Shown here in pieces: positions 10,807 to 19,443 of a stretch of DNA of 64,000 nucleotides. Under the pieces are notes generated by a model that saw only the letters and a program-made list of their open reading frames with translations, ran no database searches and was not told where the DNA came from. The position numbers and the translations under genes were made by a program. The DNA is from a virus: IMG/VR virus record IMGVR_UViG_3300045988_149625; one strand, given 5' to 3'. Positions within the stretch are counted from its first letter, which is position 1. Each line of letters begins with the position of its first letter.

Positions 10807-11285
10807 GTAGTTATCCTTATACACAAGTTATTGTAGATGCTAAAGGCACAGATGGTGGAAATTCTAAGGCTTCTTTAAATGGAGCAGATATAATTCTTGC
10901 AACTGGGGGCAGTGGTGCAAAATATAAAAGAACTCGTACCCATGTTAATTGGCACAGCTCTACTGAGTCCGAAGAAAAGCAGGTAGGTAGGGGTGGTACA
11001 CCAAATGGCATAGATGGCACTTATTCAGTATCTGGCACAAAGGGGTATGATATTCGTCCAGAGGTTACTAGAGGTTCTTATGGTAGCGGGGGAGGTTGTT
11101 CAAATACTAATACAGTTGTATATCCTGTATCTGGGGGCAGTGGTGGTATTAATATTGTCACCATTCCTGTTAAGGAAGGGGATAGATTACAAATCACTGT
11201 TGGAAGCGCGGGTGCAGGTGGTGGAATTGGTTTAGCAGGAAATGCAGGAGCGGTAGCATTATGGTATTACAAATTGGGAAACTAA
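10803..11285 (+). CDS. Glycine-rich tail fibre protein
   Basis: 160 aa with GGSG/GAGGG tracts. Coupled to the upstream ORF by an ATGA overlap. Confidence 0.4.
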   Translation: MSSYPYTQVIVDAKGTDGGNSKASLNGADIILATGGSGAKYKRTRTHVNWHSSTESEEKQVGRGGTPNGIDGTYSVSGTKGYDIRPEVTRGSYGSGGGCSNTNTVVYPVSGGSGGINIVTIPVKEGDRLQITVGSAGAGGGIGLAGNAGAVALWYYKLGN

Positions 11286-12484
11286 TAGATAATATATTAG
11301 TGGCAAAATTTATAACAAATAATACATTAAAAGAGTTTAAAGATTTAGTTGGGGAAGGAGATTATGTGGATATTACAGGGGTCGACATTCAAGAGGGTGA
11401 CAAATTTGTTAATGGGGATGCTATTCATTGTGAGGGCGATTCATTATCCAAGGAAGGTGTAAAAGCACTTTATCTGATGCTAGGCAGTGCGTGTAATATG
11501 TCTTGCAGACATTGTACACAAACTCCTATTAAAGGTAATGTTGCTTTTCCTACTACTGAGTTAAGTAAGGATGTACTAGATTTTATAGTAAATTGGGATA
11601 AAAATGGCGGTGGAAGGTTATATTTTTGGGGCGGTGAACCTTTACTTTATTGGAATACAATAAAGAAACTTATAGAAGAGTTTGAAAAAATGGGAATGAG
11701 AAATACTTCTTATCGCATTTTCACCAATGGTCTATTACTTTCAAATTCCATTGTAGACTTTTGTAACAAACATAATATATGGGTAATTATGAGTTATGAT
11801 GCACCTAACCCCTTAGCTGCAAGAAACGCCATGCCGTCAGAGAGAAATATAGAAGCTTTCTTGTTGGCAGAAAAAAGAACAGTAAATGGTGTATACAATG
11901 CCTTAAACTGTGATATGGTAGCTGCTTTTAAATACTTGGAGTCAAAATTTCCTAATACTGAGGTAACTCTAGGGTTTATAAATGTATTATGGGATATACC
12001 AAAAGACTTATACGCTTTTGGAAAAGGCGAAGTAAGAAAGGCGGTAAAAGATTTATTTGAATATTATAAAGAAACAAGGGATTCAAATGTACACAGGTGG
12101 TTTGAAACTAAACTTAGAAGAGGGAATTACTTTTCCATTGAAGAATTTATGCTTTCCCCATTTCCTCCCTGTGCACCTGGGCGTATCTCTTTATCTATAG
12201 ATTTTGCAGGTAATATAATAAGATGCCACAATGACGATAAAGTGGTTGCAAATATTAAAGATGATTATTCAGATATATTAAAAGCACATGAAATGGAGTG
12301 GCTAAAGTTATTGCCAAGAAATTGTGCAGAATGTGAATGTCTACCTTTGTGCAGGTCAATTTGTCCAATAGCCTATAAGAAAGAAAACAAAGAAGAATTT
12401 GTACAATGTGATTATATAAGGGAGTTTTTTAGCGCGGTGCAGGAATGTGCCGATGATTTTTGGAGAATGGAAGGTGAGATGTAA
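11261..12484 (+). CDS. Radical SAM enzyme with C-terminal SPASM-like Cys-rich domain
   Basis: CNMSCRHC is a Cx3Cx2C motif. The GGEPLL motif is present. The C-terminus has CAECECLPLCRSIC plus additional cysteines. The true start may be an internal Met just before the motif. Confidence 0.75.
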   Translation: MVLQIGKLIDNILVAKFITNNTLKEFKDLVGEGDYVDITGVDIQEGDKFVNGDAIHCEGDSLSKEGVKALYLMLGSACNMSCRHCTQTPIKGNVAFPTTELSKDVLDFIVNWDKNGGGRLYFWGGEPLLYWNTIKKLIEEFEKMGMRNTSYRIFTNGLLLSNSIVDFCNKHNIWVIMSYDAPNPLAARNAMPSERNIEAFLLAEKRTVNGVYNALNCDMVAAFKYLESKFPNTEVTLGFINVLWDIPKDLYAFGKGEVRKAVKDLFEYYKETRDSNVHRWFETKLRRGNYFSIEEFMLSPFPPCAPGRISLSIDFAGNIIRCHNDDKVVANIKDDYSDILKAHEMEWLKLLPRNCAECECLPLCRSICPIAYKKENKEEFVQCDYIREFFSAVQECADDFWRMEGEM

Positions 12485-14419
12485 ATGGCAAGCTTTCATA
12501 ACTGGACAGGTGATGAATTAATTGATACACAAGTCCCACAGTTTTTAAATGAAGATAATGCAGCAACACAGGAGAAATTAGACACTAAATTTAATAAATC
12601 CTTAGATATAGCAGAAGCCTCAGACTTAAACAATTTTAAGGATGAGGGGTTCTACTGCTGTAATTCTAATTCTCGTGCTGAAACTATTTTAAATTGTCCT
12701 ACTAATTATGCTTTCGGTTTAATGGTATGGGGTAAAGGCGAAATAGTCTATCAAGAAGTGCGCGAATTTAACAGAGGCTCTAACCAAGATTACAATAACT
12801 GTTGGAGAAGAAGTTATTCTGGGGGCGGACAAGGTGTGTGGTCTAACTGGCAGAAAGTGGCTTATGCAGCTACTACTTTAGCAGAATACGGAATAACAGA
12901 CGGTATGGGCAAGAACGCCACAAACAGTGTGGGTGTGACAGATATTATTAAAAGAAGTATTAATACGTCGTACTTGCGTTTAACAGGTGGCAATACATTT
13001 GATAAAAGTGCAACTCTTCAACTCTGCGGAGGTACTTATGCAACAAACGCAGGACAGTTTTTATTAAAAGCAGCAGATTCAGCACACTCAGCAACTCTTT
13101 CAGGTAATCCTTCTGGGCTACTTAAATGGAATGATAAAAATATAGTACGTTCAGTAAATAATTCTGTTGCAGATGAACATGGTAATGTAACTTTACTGTT
13201 CCCCGACTCAGATGTAACGCAGGAAGGCGCGGGGTACTGGAAGCCTAATGAATCAGTACAAGAAGGGGATATACGTTATGTGTATGGTAGAGGAAACACA
13301 GGTGTTGTTTTAAAATGTGTGAAAGCAGGAATAACAGGAGCAGAATTACCAGATTTAGAGGCTGCTTCAAATGCTGTGCAATTAGTAACAGAAACTACTA
13401 CTGAGGTAAAACCTTTTGATATATTGGATTATGTATCACAAGTACCAGAATATTACACACGCCCTAGTTTGTATACAGTTTCAAAAAAATCTATAACTAT
13501 ACCTAAGGGGTTACGTGTAAGAATTGGTGATAAAGGTTATGAGAGTGTTAGTACAACTACATTAAGCACTACATCTTTGGGAAGTTTGGCAGCAAAAGAT
13601 GTTTATATATATGCTTGTGCTCCTATTACTTTATCTACTGAGCCAATATTTGTACTTTCATTAAATAGTACAGTACCTAGTGGGTATACCGCAGAAAACA
13701 GTCGCAAGATTGGCGGTTTTCATTGCTTATGTGCAGATGTTGGTACAATAAGTGGACATACTTTAAGTGGTTATGTAGCAGGTGACATACTTCCTGCTTC
13801 TGCATGGGATTTAATTCATCGTCCACGATGTTCCCCCGAAGCAATGGTGTATTGTGATACGGTGGACTTTTGGGTCGATATATATTTGGATAGTTGGGAT
13901 GGTAACAAATTAGTATCTGTATACAAAGGTGTTACAGCAGACGGAACTTCCACTAAAAAGTTTCATGGTGAGCTTTTTGTAGATGAGCTTGCAAAATTGA
14001 ATAAAAGACTACCTCCAAGAAGAGTATTTCAAGCAATAATGAAAGGCTCAAATGAACGCACCAATGTTAAAGGTTCGAAAGACGTAAATACTACTGGTGG
14101 TAATGTAGATACAGCAGGTCGAAGAATGATAAGTAATTATGGTTGTGAAGATGGCTGCGGTTTCTTGTGGCAATGGTCTGATGAACTAGGTTTTGCAGGT
14201 GGTAGTGCATGGACAGATTCAGTATATAATTCAAGTGTCGATTCTGAAAGAATTGGACAAACTTATGGAACTTTGTATAGAGCTGCGCTGGGCGGTTGCT
14301 GGGTTCACGGCGGTTCTTGTGGTTCGCGGTCGGTGTTTTGCAGCCATTCCTCGGCTCTTGTCAGTGCTTATTTTGGCGGTCGCGGCGCTTGCGAGCCGAA
14401 GGTCGCAAAGTTCTATTAG
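12485..14419 (+). CDS. DGR target protein: tail fibre / receptor-binding protein with C-terminal variable region
   Basis: 644 aa. The last ~40 codons (nt 14276-14394) are the VR copy of the downstream TR. The C-terminus GGCWVHGG...YFGGRGAC is typical of DGR C-type-lectin-fold variable proteins. Confidence 0.85.
   Translation: MASFHNWTGDELIDTQVPQFLNEDNAATQEKLDTKFNKSLDIAEASDLNNFKDEGFYCCNSNSRAETILNCPTNYAFGLMVWGKGEIVYQEVREFNRGSNQDYNNCWRRSYSGGGQGVWSNWQKVAYAATTLAEYGITDGMGKNATNSVGVTDIIKRSINTSYLRLTGGNTFDKSATLQLCGGTYATNAGQFLLKAADSAHSATLSGNPSGLLKWNDKNIVRSVNNSVADEHGNVTLLFPDSDVTQEGAGYWKPNESVQEGDIRYVYGRGNTGVVLKCVKAGITGAELPDLEAASNAVQLVTETTTEVKPFDILDYVSQVPEYYTRPSLYTVSKKSITIPKGLRVRIGDKGYESVSTTTLSTTSLGSLAAKDVYIYACAPITLSTEPIFVLSLNSTVPSGYTAENSRKIGGFHCLCADVGTISGHTLSGYVAGDILPASAWDLIHRPRCSPEAMVYCDTVDFWVDIYLDSWDGNKLVSVYKGVTADGTSTKKFHGELFVDELAKLNKRLPPRRVFQAIMKGSNERTNVKGSKDVNTTGGNVDTAGRRMISNYGCEDGCGFLWQWSDELGFAGGSAWTDSVYNSSVDSERIGQTYGTLYRAALGGCWVHGGSCGSRSVFCSHSSALVSAYFGGRGACEPKVAKFY
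14276..14394 (+). repeat. DGR variable region (VR)
   Basis: 119 bp, collinear with TR at 14492-14610. All 23 mismatches in the aligned 116 bp fall at TR adenines. The 3' 26 bp (ggcggtcgcggcgcttgcga...) are identical to TR and GC-rich, like an IMH element. Confidence 0.9.
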
Positions 14420-14423
14420 AACT
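14409..14423 (+). promoter_or_regulatory. Hairpin immediately downstream of VR (agttcta t tagaact)
   Basis: Perfect 7-bp inverted repeat 14 nt after the end of VR homology, spanning the target stop codon. It is analogous to the DGR target-recognition hairpin. Confidence 0.4.
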
Positions 14424-14491
14424 AGGTATACGGCTACATGAAGTTGTTAAGGAACACGAAGTAGTCTTGAATATACTGGGTTGTGGTTGTT

Positions 14492-14610
14492 AAAAGAGCT
14501 AAACTAGGCGGTAACTGGGATAACAGCAGTTCTTGTAGTTCGCAGTCAGTGAATTGCAACAATTCCTCAGCTAATGTCAATGCTAATTATGGCGGTCGCG
14601 GCGCTTGCGA
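14492..14610 (+). repeat. DGR template region (TR)
   Basis: Adenine-rich (AAC/AAT codons) invariant copy of VR, located between the target gene and the RT. The ORF-track call 14483..14695 across this region is an artefact of TR copying coding sequence. Confidence 0.9.
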
Positions 14611-14865
14611 TACGGAGAGAGCTATTCCTTCGGCTGAACCACAATCCATTCTAGCAGAGAAATACTGTATAGAAAAACACACAACAGGAGTATAGAAGGG
14701 CTAGTAGTGTAAACGAACGTCATTCTATAAAACTCCGTATCTTTAAATAAAGGAGAAATAAACTTGAAAAGAATTGGGAATTTATGAACTAAAATTATAG
14801 ATAAAGAAAATATTAAGGAGAGTATTTTAAGCGCTGCAAAACATAAGAAAAAGCGCCCTGCGGTA

Positions 14866-16158
14866 ATGAAGGTACTCAATAATATAGACGAATATGTAGA
14901 AAAGATTCACAAATTGTTAGTAAACAAGGAGTATAAAGTTTCGGAATATTATATAAAAGCAATTTATGAGCCTAAGCTAAGGCTTATTTACATATTACCC
15001 TTTTATCCAGATAATATAATATTTCACTGCATAATGAGGGTATTAGAGCCTATATGGGACAGTAGGTTTATTTATGATACTTATTCATGCAGGAAGGGTA
15101 AGGGGCAACATAAAGGAATGTTAAAGAGCACTATATACGTAAAGAATTACAAATACTGCTTAAAATGTGATATAAGTCAGTTTTACCCAAGCCTTAATCA
15201 TAGAATACTAAAGGAAAGTTTCCGTTGGAAAATCAAAGATAAGGACGTATTGGAGCTACTTGACTTAATAGTAGATAGTGTTTCTGTGCGGGAAAGGAAT
15301 CTAGATTTTTTAAAGTGCTGCAAGGCAAGTGATAAACATATGATGGAACAGAAGCTTCAAACATTAAAAGAAGAGTTCCCAGAAGGAGATTTCGGTGTGC
15401 CTATTGGTAATTATCCTTCACAATGGTTCGGAAACCTTTATATGAACCCTTTAGATAACCTTATTAAGTACTGTTTCCATGCAAAAGCATATGTAAGATA
15501 CTGCGACGATTTTGTTGTTTACAGTAATGATAAAAAGTGGTTACATAGTGTAGCTGCGGAGATAGAGAACTTTTGTAAGGAAAGATTAAAATTAAAGATG
15601 AGTAAGTGTCGGGTATTTCCTACGAAGTGTGGAGTAGATTTCTTAGGGTATAAAGCATTTCCCAGTGGTAAGATTCTTTTGCGTAAAAGGACAGCAAAAA
15701 GAGTCCATAAACAAATAAAAGCATTATGGAAAGAGCTATCTTATGGGAACTATGAACAAATGCTTTCTAAAGTGGGAAGCAGAATGGGGTATTTAAGGTA
15801 CGCTAAAAGTTATAATTTTAGATTACAAATAAAGATTAAAGAGTTGGAAAGGGAACTAAAAAGGAGGATTAGTATGGTAGGTTATCCAAAAAATTTAAGC
15901 ACAAAAGAAGATTATGAGTACGTGAGAACACATTTCCCTAAAAGTGATTGGCAGAAAGACTTTGAAAGTCTTTTACCTCGCAAGGAATGGTTCTTCATTG
16001 AAGAAACTAAGGTTAATAAAAAAGAAGATGCTACTCATAAAACAGAACCCTCTGACGATGAAGGGGTATTCTATCGTTATGAATTGAGGGGGGTAAGTAA
16101 GGCAGCAGAAATTGGATATACGGTAGAAGAAGTAGAGAAGATTCTAAGGAGTGAATAA
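14866..16158 (+). CDS. DGR reverse transcriptase
   Basis: YCDDFVVY is the YxDD motif. IGNYPSQWFGN is the DGR-specific GxxxSQ motif. The N-terminal RT-like sequence (..ENIKESILSAAKHKKKRPAV) continues in frame upstream to 14788 without an ATG. Confidence 0.9.
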   Translation: MKVLNNIDEYVEKIHKLLVNKEYKVSEYYIKAIYEPKLRLIYILPFYPDNIIFHCIMRVLEPIWDSRFIYDTYSCRKGKGQHKGMLKSTIYVKNYKYCLKCDISQFYPSLNHRILKESFRWKIKDKDVLELLDLIVDSVSVRERNLDFLKCCKASDKHMMEQKLQTLKEEFPEGDFGVPIGNYPSQWFGNLYMNPLDNLIKYCFHAKAYVRYCDDFVVYSNDKKWLHSVAAEIENFCKERLKLKMSKCRVFPTKCGVDFLGYKAFPSGKILLRKRTAKRVHKQIKALWKELSYGNYEQMLSKVGSRMGYLRYAKSYNFRLQIKIKELERELKRRISMVGYPKNLSTKEDYEYVRTHFPKSDWQKDFESLLPRKEWFFIEETKVNKKEDATHKTEPSDDEGVFYRYELRGVSKAAEIGYTVEEVEKILRSE

Positions 16159-16160
16159 TA

Positions 16161-17168
16161 ATGGTAGTAGATAATACAGTACAGTGGTTACAGCTTAATT
16201 TAAAAGAAACAGGTTTGCCAGTAGGGTTTGAATACTTTACAATGAACCCAAACATACCCGCAGGAAGTTTGCCGCTACAAGGTGGTCTTTATAGCAGATT
16301 AGCATATTCAGACCTTTGGGAATGGGTACAGAAACAGACAGGATATTTAAAGGCTGAGTCAGAGTGGCAGGAACTTGCGGTCAGTAATAGTGGAAATGTG
16401 CCGTTTTACAGTAGCGGTGATGGTAGCACTACATTTAGAGTTCCTGCGCTGAAATGCTGGGTGCGGGGTGCTAGTAGCATTAGTGAGGTTGGTGGCTATT
16501 TGACTGCTGGATTGCCGAATATTACAGGAAGTATGGGACTAGCTGGTGCTCCTATATCAAATGCTAATAATAGAAACTTATATCCAAGCATTCTAAATGG
16601 TGTGTTTGAGATACAAGAAGGGCAAGAAGAACATTGGGCGGGTGAGCATAAGGCAAATACTTTTTCAAAAGATGCGATTATATTTAACGCTTTTCTTTCT
16701 AATCCCATCTACGGTGCATCCGATACTGTACAACCACCATCCATCGTAGGCTTATGGTGTGTAAAGGCTTATGGCACTGTTACAAATGTTGGTAGCACGG
16801 ATGTGGCTAATTTAGCACAAGGACTAACACAAACTGAAACACGTATAAGTGCATTGGAAACAAACAAGGTTGACAAGGCTGGTAATGCATGGGTGGTAGA
16901 ATCTTACCGCAACGGCACTGAATGGTATAGAGTATGGTCAGATGGTTGGGTAGAACAAGGTGGATATTTTGAAAAGAAAAGAGACACGGCTTTAACTGTT
17001 ACATTTTTGAAGCCTTACGTAGATAATGAATATACGTTTGCTTGTATGCTAGCTAGAGAAAATGGTTCTACACCAAAACTAACCACAAAGACTACAACAG
17101 GTTTTTCTATGTACACTGCCTCATGGGACTATGATATGTATTGGCGCACAGAAGGTAAGGGGGCTTAA
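16161..17168 (+). CDS. Tail fibre protein
   Basis: 335-aa Gly/Ser/Thr-rich ORF immediately after the RT. No VR-like copy is detectable in it. Confidence 0.4.
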   Translation: MVVDNTVQWLQLNLKETGLPVGFEYFTMNPNIPAGSLPLQGGLYSRLAYSDLWEWVQKQTGYLKAESEWQELAVSNSGNVPFYSSGDGSTTFRVPALKCWVRGASSISEVGGYLTAGLPNITGSMGLAGAPISNANNRNLYPSILNGVFEIQEGQEEHWAGEHKANTFSKDAIIFNAFLSNPIYGASDTVQPPSIVGLWCVKAYGTVTNVGSTDVANLAQGLTQTETRISALETNKVDKAGNAWVVESYRNGTEWYRVWSDGWVEQGGYFEKKRDTALTVTFLKPYVDNEYTFACMLARENGSTPKLTTKTTTGFSMYTASWDYDMYWRTEGKGA

Positions 17169-17174
17169 TTTATT

Positions 17175-17654
17175 ATGTTAGGCACAAAAATCTATAAAAC
17201 TGATATGAGCAATTACACTGATTGTGCTATTTGGTGTAATCAAAACAAAGCAACTATTGAGGATAGGGGCACTTATTACGAAGTGGTAACTTTACCACTC
17301 CCGACGCTGCAAGAAATTAAGGTTGCCAAAATCGCAGAGCTTAAAGCCGAGAGGGATGCAAAAGAGGTTGAGCCGATTACCTACAACGGCAACAGCTATG
17401 ATTACGATGACAAGGCACGTGACCGCATTAATGCAGCTATTGTTGCCCTGTCTGTACAAGGCACTGGTGCTGACTTAATGTGGACTACCGCTGACAACAA
17501 AGAAGTCCCTGTGACTGCCGACGATTTACGTATGGTAATCGCTGCTGTGGCGGTACGTAGCAATGCTTTGCATACTGCCTACCGTATAGCGAAAGAAAAA
17601 GTTGAAGCAGCGCAGAATAAAGAAGAAGTTGAAGCTATAATATTAAATGTGTAA
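17175..17654 (+). CDS. Tail fibre assembly / chaperone-like protein
   Basis: 159-aa ORF following the fibre gene. Assignment is by position only. Confidence 0.3.
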   Translation: MLGTKIYKTDMSNYTDCAIWCNQNKATIEDRGTYYEVVTLPLPTLQEIKVAKIAELKAERDAKEVEPITYNGNSYDYDDKARDRINAAIVALSVQGTGADLMWTTADNKEVPVTADDLRMVIAAVAVRSNALHTAYRIAKEKVEAAQNKEEVEAIILNV

Positions 17655-17672
17655 TATTGAGAGGGTGGACTA

Positions 17673-17963
17673 ATGGATGGAAGAAATTTTGCAAATAGAT
17701 TAAATAAAATGTCAAAGAATGTACTTAAACCTTTAATACCTGCACTTGGTTTACACAAGCGGGTTGAAAGGGTATTATATTTGAGGTACATTGAAGAGCA
17801 AAGTATTTATGATATAGCAGAGGATGCAGGAATGTCCTTTGATTCTCTTAATAATTATCTTAGTTTTGCAAGACATGAAATGCTTTCTACAATGCAACGA
17901 GATTTTGAGATATTACCAGATGATATTAAAAAGTTGATTAACATTGTATTATCAGACTGTTAA
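17673..17963 (+). CDS. Sigma-70 region-4-like HTH protein (putative late transcription regulator)
   Basis: RVERVLYLRYIEEQSIYDIAEDAGMS resembles the sigma region 4 helix-turn-helix. 96 aa. Confidence 0.35.
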   Translation: MDGRNFANRLNKMSKNVLKPLIPALGLHKRVERVLYLRYIEEQSIYDIAEDAGMSFDSLNNYLSFARHEMLSTMQRDFEILPDDIKKLINIVLSDC

Positions 17964-18028
17964 AAGTTAGTTATTCACCCTTTAAAATATATGCTATAAT
18001 TAAAATGTAAGTTGAGGAGGGGTGTGAA

Positions 18029-18439
18029 ATGTATCCTAATAATAATTACTTTGGGCAAGGTTATATGAATTACCCATATTTTAATATGAATCAATCTGGG
18101 CAGCAAGGTTTTCAGCAGGGACAACAAGTAATGCCCCCAAATAAACCTCAAATGCCAAAAACCGCATTTGTAGCAAGTTTTGATGAGGTTAAATCTGCCG
18201 CTGTAGATTATGATGGAAGCCTTAAGGTTTTTGTAGATACGCAGCAGGACAGAATTTATACAAAACAGTTTACAAATGAGGGTAAAGTTGATTATAAAGT
18301 ATTTATTTTAAGTAAGGATGAACCGAGGGAAATAAGCCCTGCAAATTTTGCAACTAAAGACGACTTAGAGGTGTTGCTAAGTGAAGTTGCAGAATTAAAG
18401 GATAGTTTGAATAGGTTGGAAGGGGGAGCTACTAAATGA
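18029..18439 (+). CDS. Q/N/Y-rich low-complexity protein
   Basis: The N-terminal 45 aa read MYPNNNYFGQGYMNYPYFNMNQSGQQGFQQGQQ and are followed by a folded-looking C-terminal half. An extended -10 (tgctataat) and a GAGGAGG RBS lie upstream. Confidence 0.45.
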   Translation: MYPNNNYFGQGYMNYPYFNMNQSGQQGFQQGQQVMPPNKPQMPKTAFVASFDEVKSAAVDYDGSLKVFVDTQQDRIYTKQFTNEGKVDYKVFILSKDEPREISPANFATKDDLEVLLSEVAELKDSLNRLEGGATK

Positions 18440-18663
18440 TGAATCCGATGCAGTTAATGGGAATGGTACAGGGGTCACAAAATCCCATGCAGTTAATGCA
18501 ACAAATGTTTGGTGGCAATCCCCTATTTAACCAAGCTATGCAAATGGGACGGGGGAAAAGCCCTGAACAGTTGCAACAAATAGTTAGAAATATTGCGCAT
18601 ACAAAAGGTATGAGTGATAATGATTTAAATAATTTTCTTTCACAATTTAACCTAAGATTTTAG
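18436..18663 (+). CDS. Met/Gln-rich small protein with NPMQLM repeats
   Basis: 75 aa. The unit NPMQLM(G/Q) occurs twice. Coupled to the upstream ORF. Confidence 0.35.
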   Translation: MMNPMQLMGMVQGSQNPMQLMQQMFGGNPLFNQAMQMGRGKSPEQLQQIVRNIAHTKGMSDNDLNNFLSQFNLRF

Positions 18664-18720
18664 CAGACGCGCGGGCTAGAAGATTGGGCTGAAAATAAAT
18701 CAATATAGGAGGTACTTACT

Positions 18721-19395
18721 ATGGAAGGTACTGGTGTTGTTCCTGTAATGAATATGAACCGTGGATATGACAACGATTGGAGTAATGGTTGTGGTATGTG
18801 GTTCATGTGGATTATTGTTATCTTTGCCTTAATGGGCGGATGGGGAAATGGTTTCGGTAATAACAGGGGTTTAAACGAAGCCTTAACTAGAAGCGACCTG
18901 CAAGCAGGTTTTGATAACCAATCTGTTCAAAGAGGTATAGCAGGTATTCAAAATGGTCTGTGTGACGGCTTTTATGCACAGAACACAACTATGTTAAACG
19001 GTTTCAATGGAGTACAGCGTGATTTAATGGCGAATGGTTATCAGTTAGGTAATCAAATCGCAGAAAACCGCTTTGCTGCACAAGATTGTTGCTGCACCAC
19101 AAATCGCAACATAGATTCTGTAAGAGCTGAAAACTATAAGAATACTTGTGAAATTGTGAACGCAATTAATGCGGATGGTGAAAAGACACGTGCAGTAATG
19201 GTAGCTAATACCATTCAAGAACTTCGTGATAAACTTGCTGACAGAGATAGAGATTTGCAGACTGCTAATTTCCAGCTTAGTCAACAAGCGCAAAGTGCAG
19301 CCTTAATTGGTGCGCTTAGACCCTTCCCGCAGCCTGCATTTTTAACCTGCTCTCCTTATCAGAGCGCAGCAAATAATGTTTGTGGTTGTGTTTAA
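18721..19395 (+). CDS. Membrane-anchored Gly/Asn/Gln-rich protein
   Basis: 224 aa with one TM segment (WFMWIIVIFALMGGW), a CCC triplet, and a GGAGG RBS. Confidence 0.4.
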   Translation: MEGTGVVPVMNMNRGYDNDWSNGCGMWFMWIIVIFALMGGWGNGFGNNRGLNEALTRSDLQAGFDNQSVQRGIAGIQNGLCDGFYAQNTTMLNGFNGVQRDLMANGYQLGNQIAENRFAAQDCCCTTNRNIDSVRAENYKNTCEIVNAINADGEKTRAVMVANTIQELRDKLADRDRDLQTANFQLSQQAQSAALIGALRPFPQPAFLTCSPYQSAANNVCGCV

Positions 19396-19443
19396 ATAAC
19401 TTGGGGTGTTAGTTCACCCCTTTATTTAAAGGAGGGATAAGGA

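Noticed and set aside
14483-14695. 70-aa ORF (MVVKRAKLGGNWDNSSSCSSQSVNC...) overlapping the DGR template region
   Set aside because: It is open only because TR is a copy of coding VR sequence. It has no RBS and lies in the TR/spacer RNA region, so it is not called as a gene. The same applies to the overlapping ORFs 14193..14441 and 14296..14493 at the VR.
14419-14866. Search for an Avd (accessory variability determinant) gene between the target and the RT
   Set aside because: Only the minus-strand hydrophobic ORF 14622..14879 lies here. It has no 4-helix-bundle character and is on the wrong strand. No Avd is called; the DGR may lack one, or Avd may lie elsewhere.
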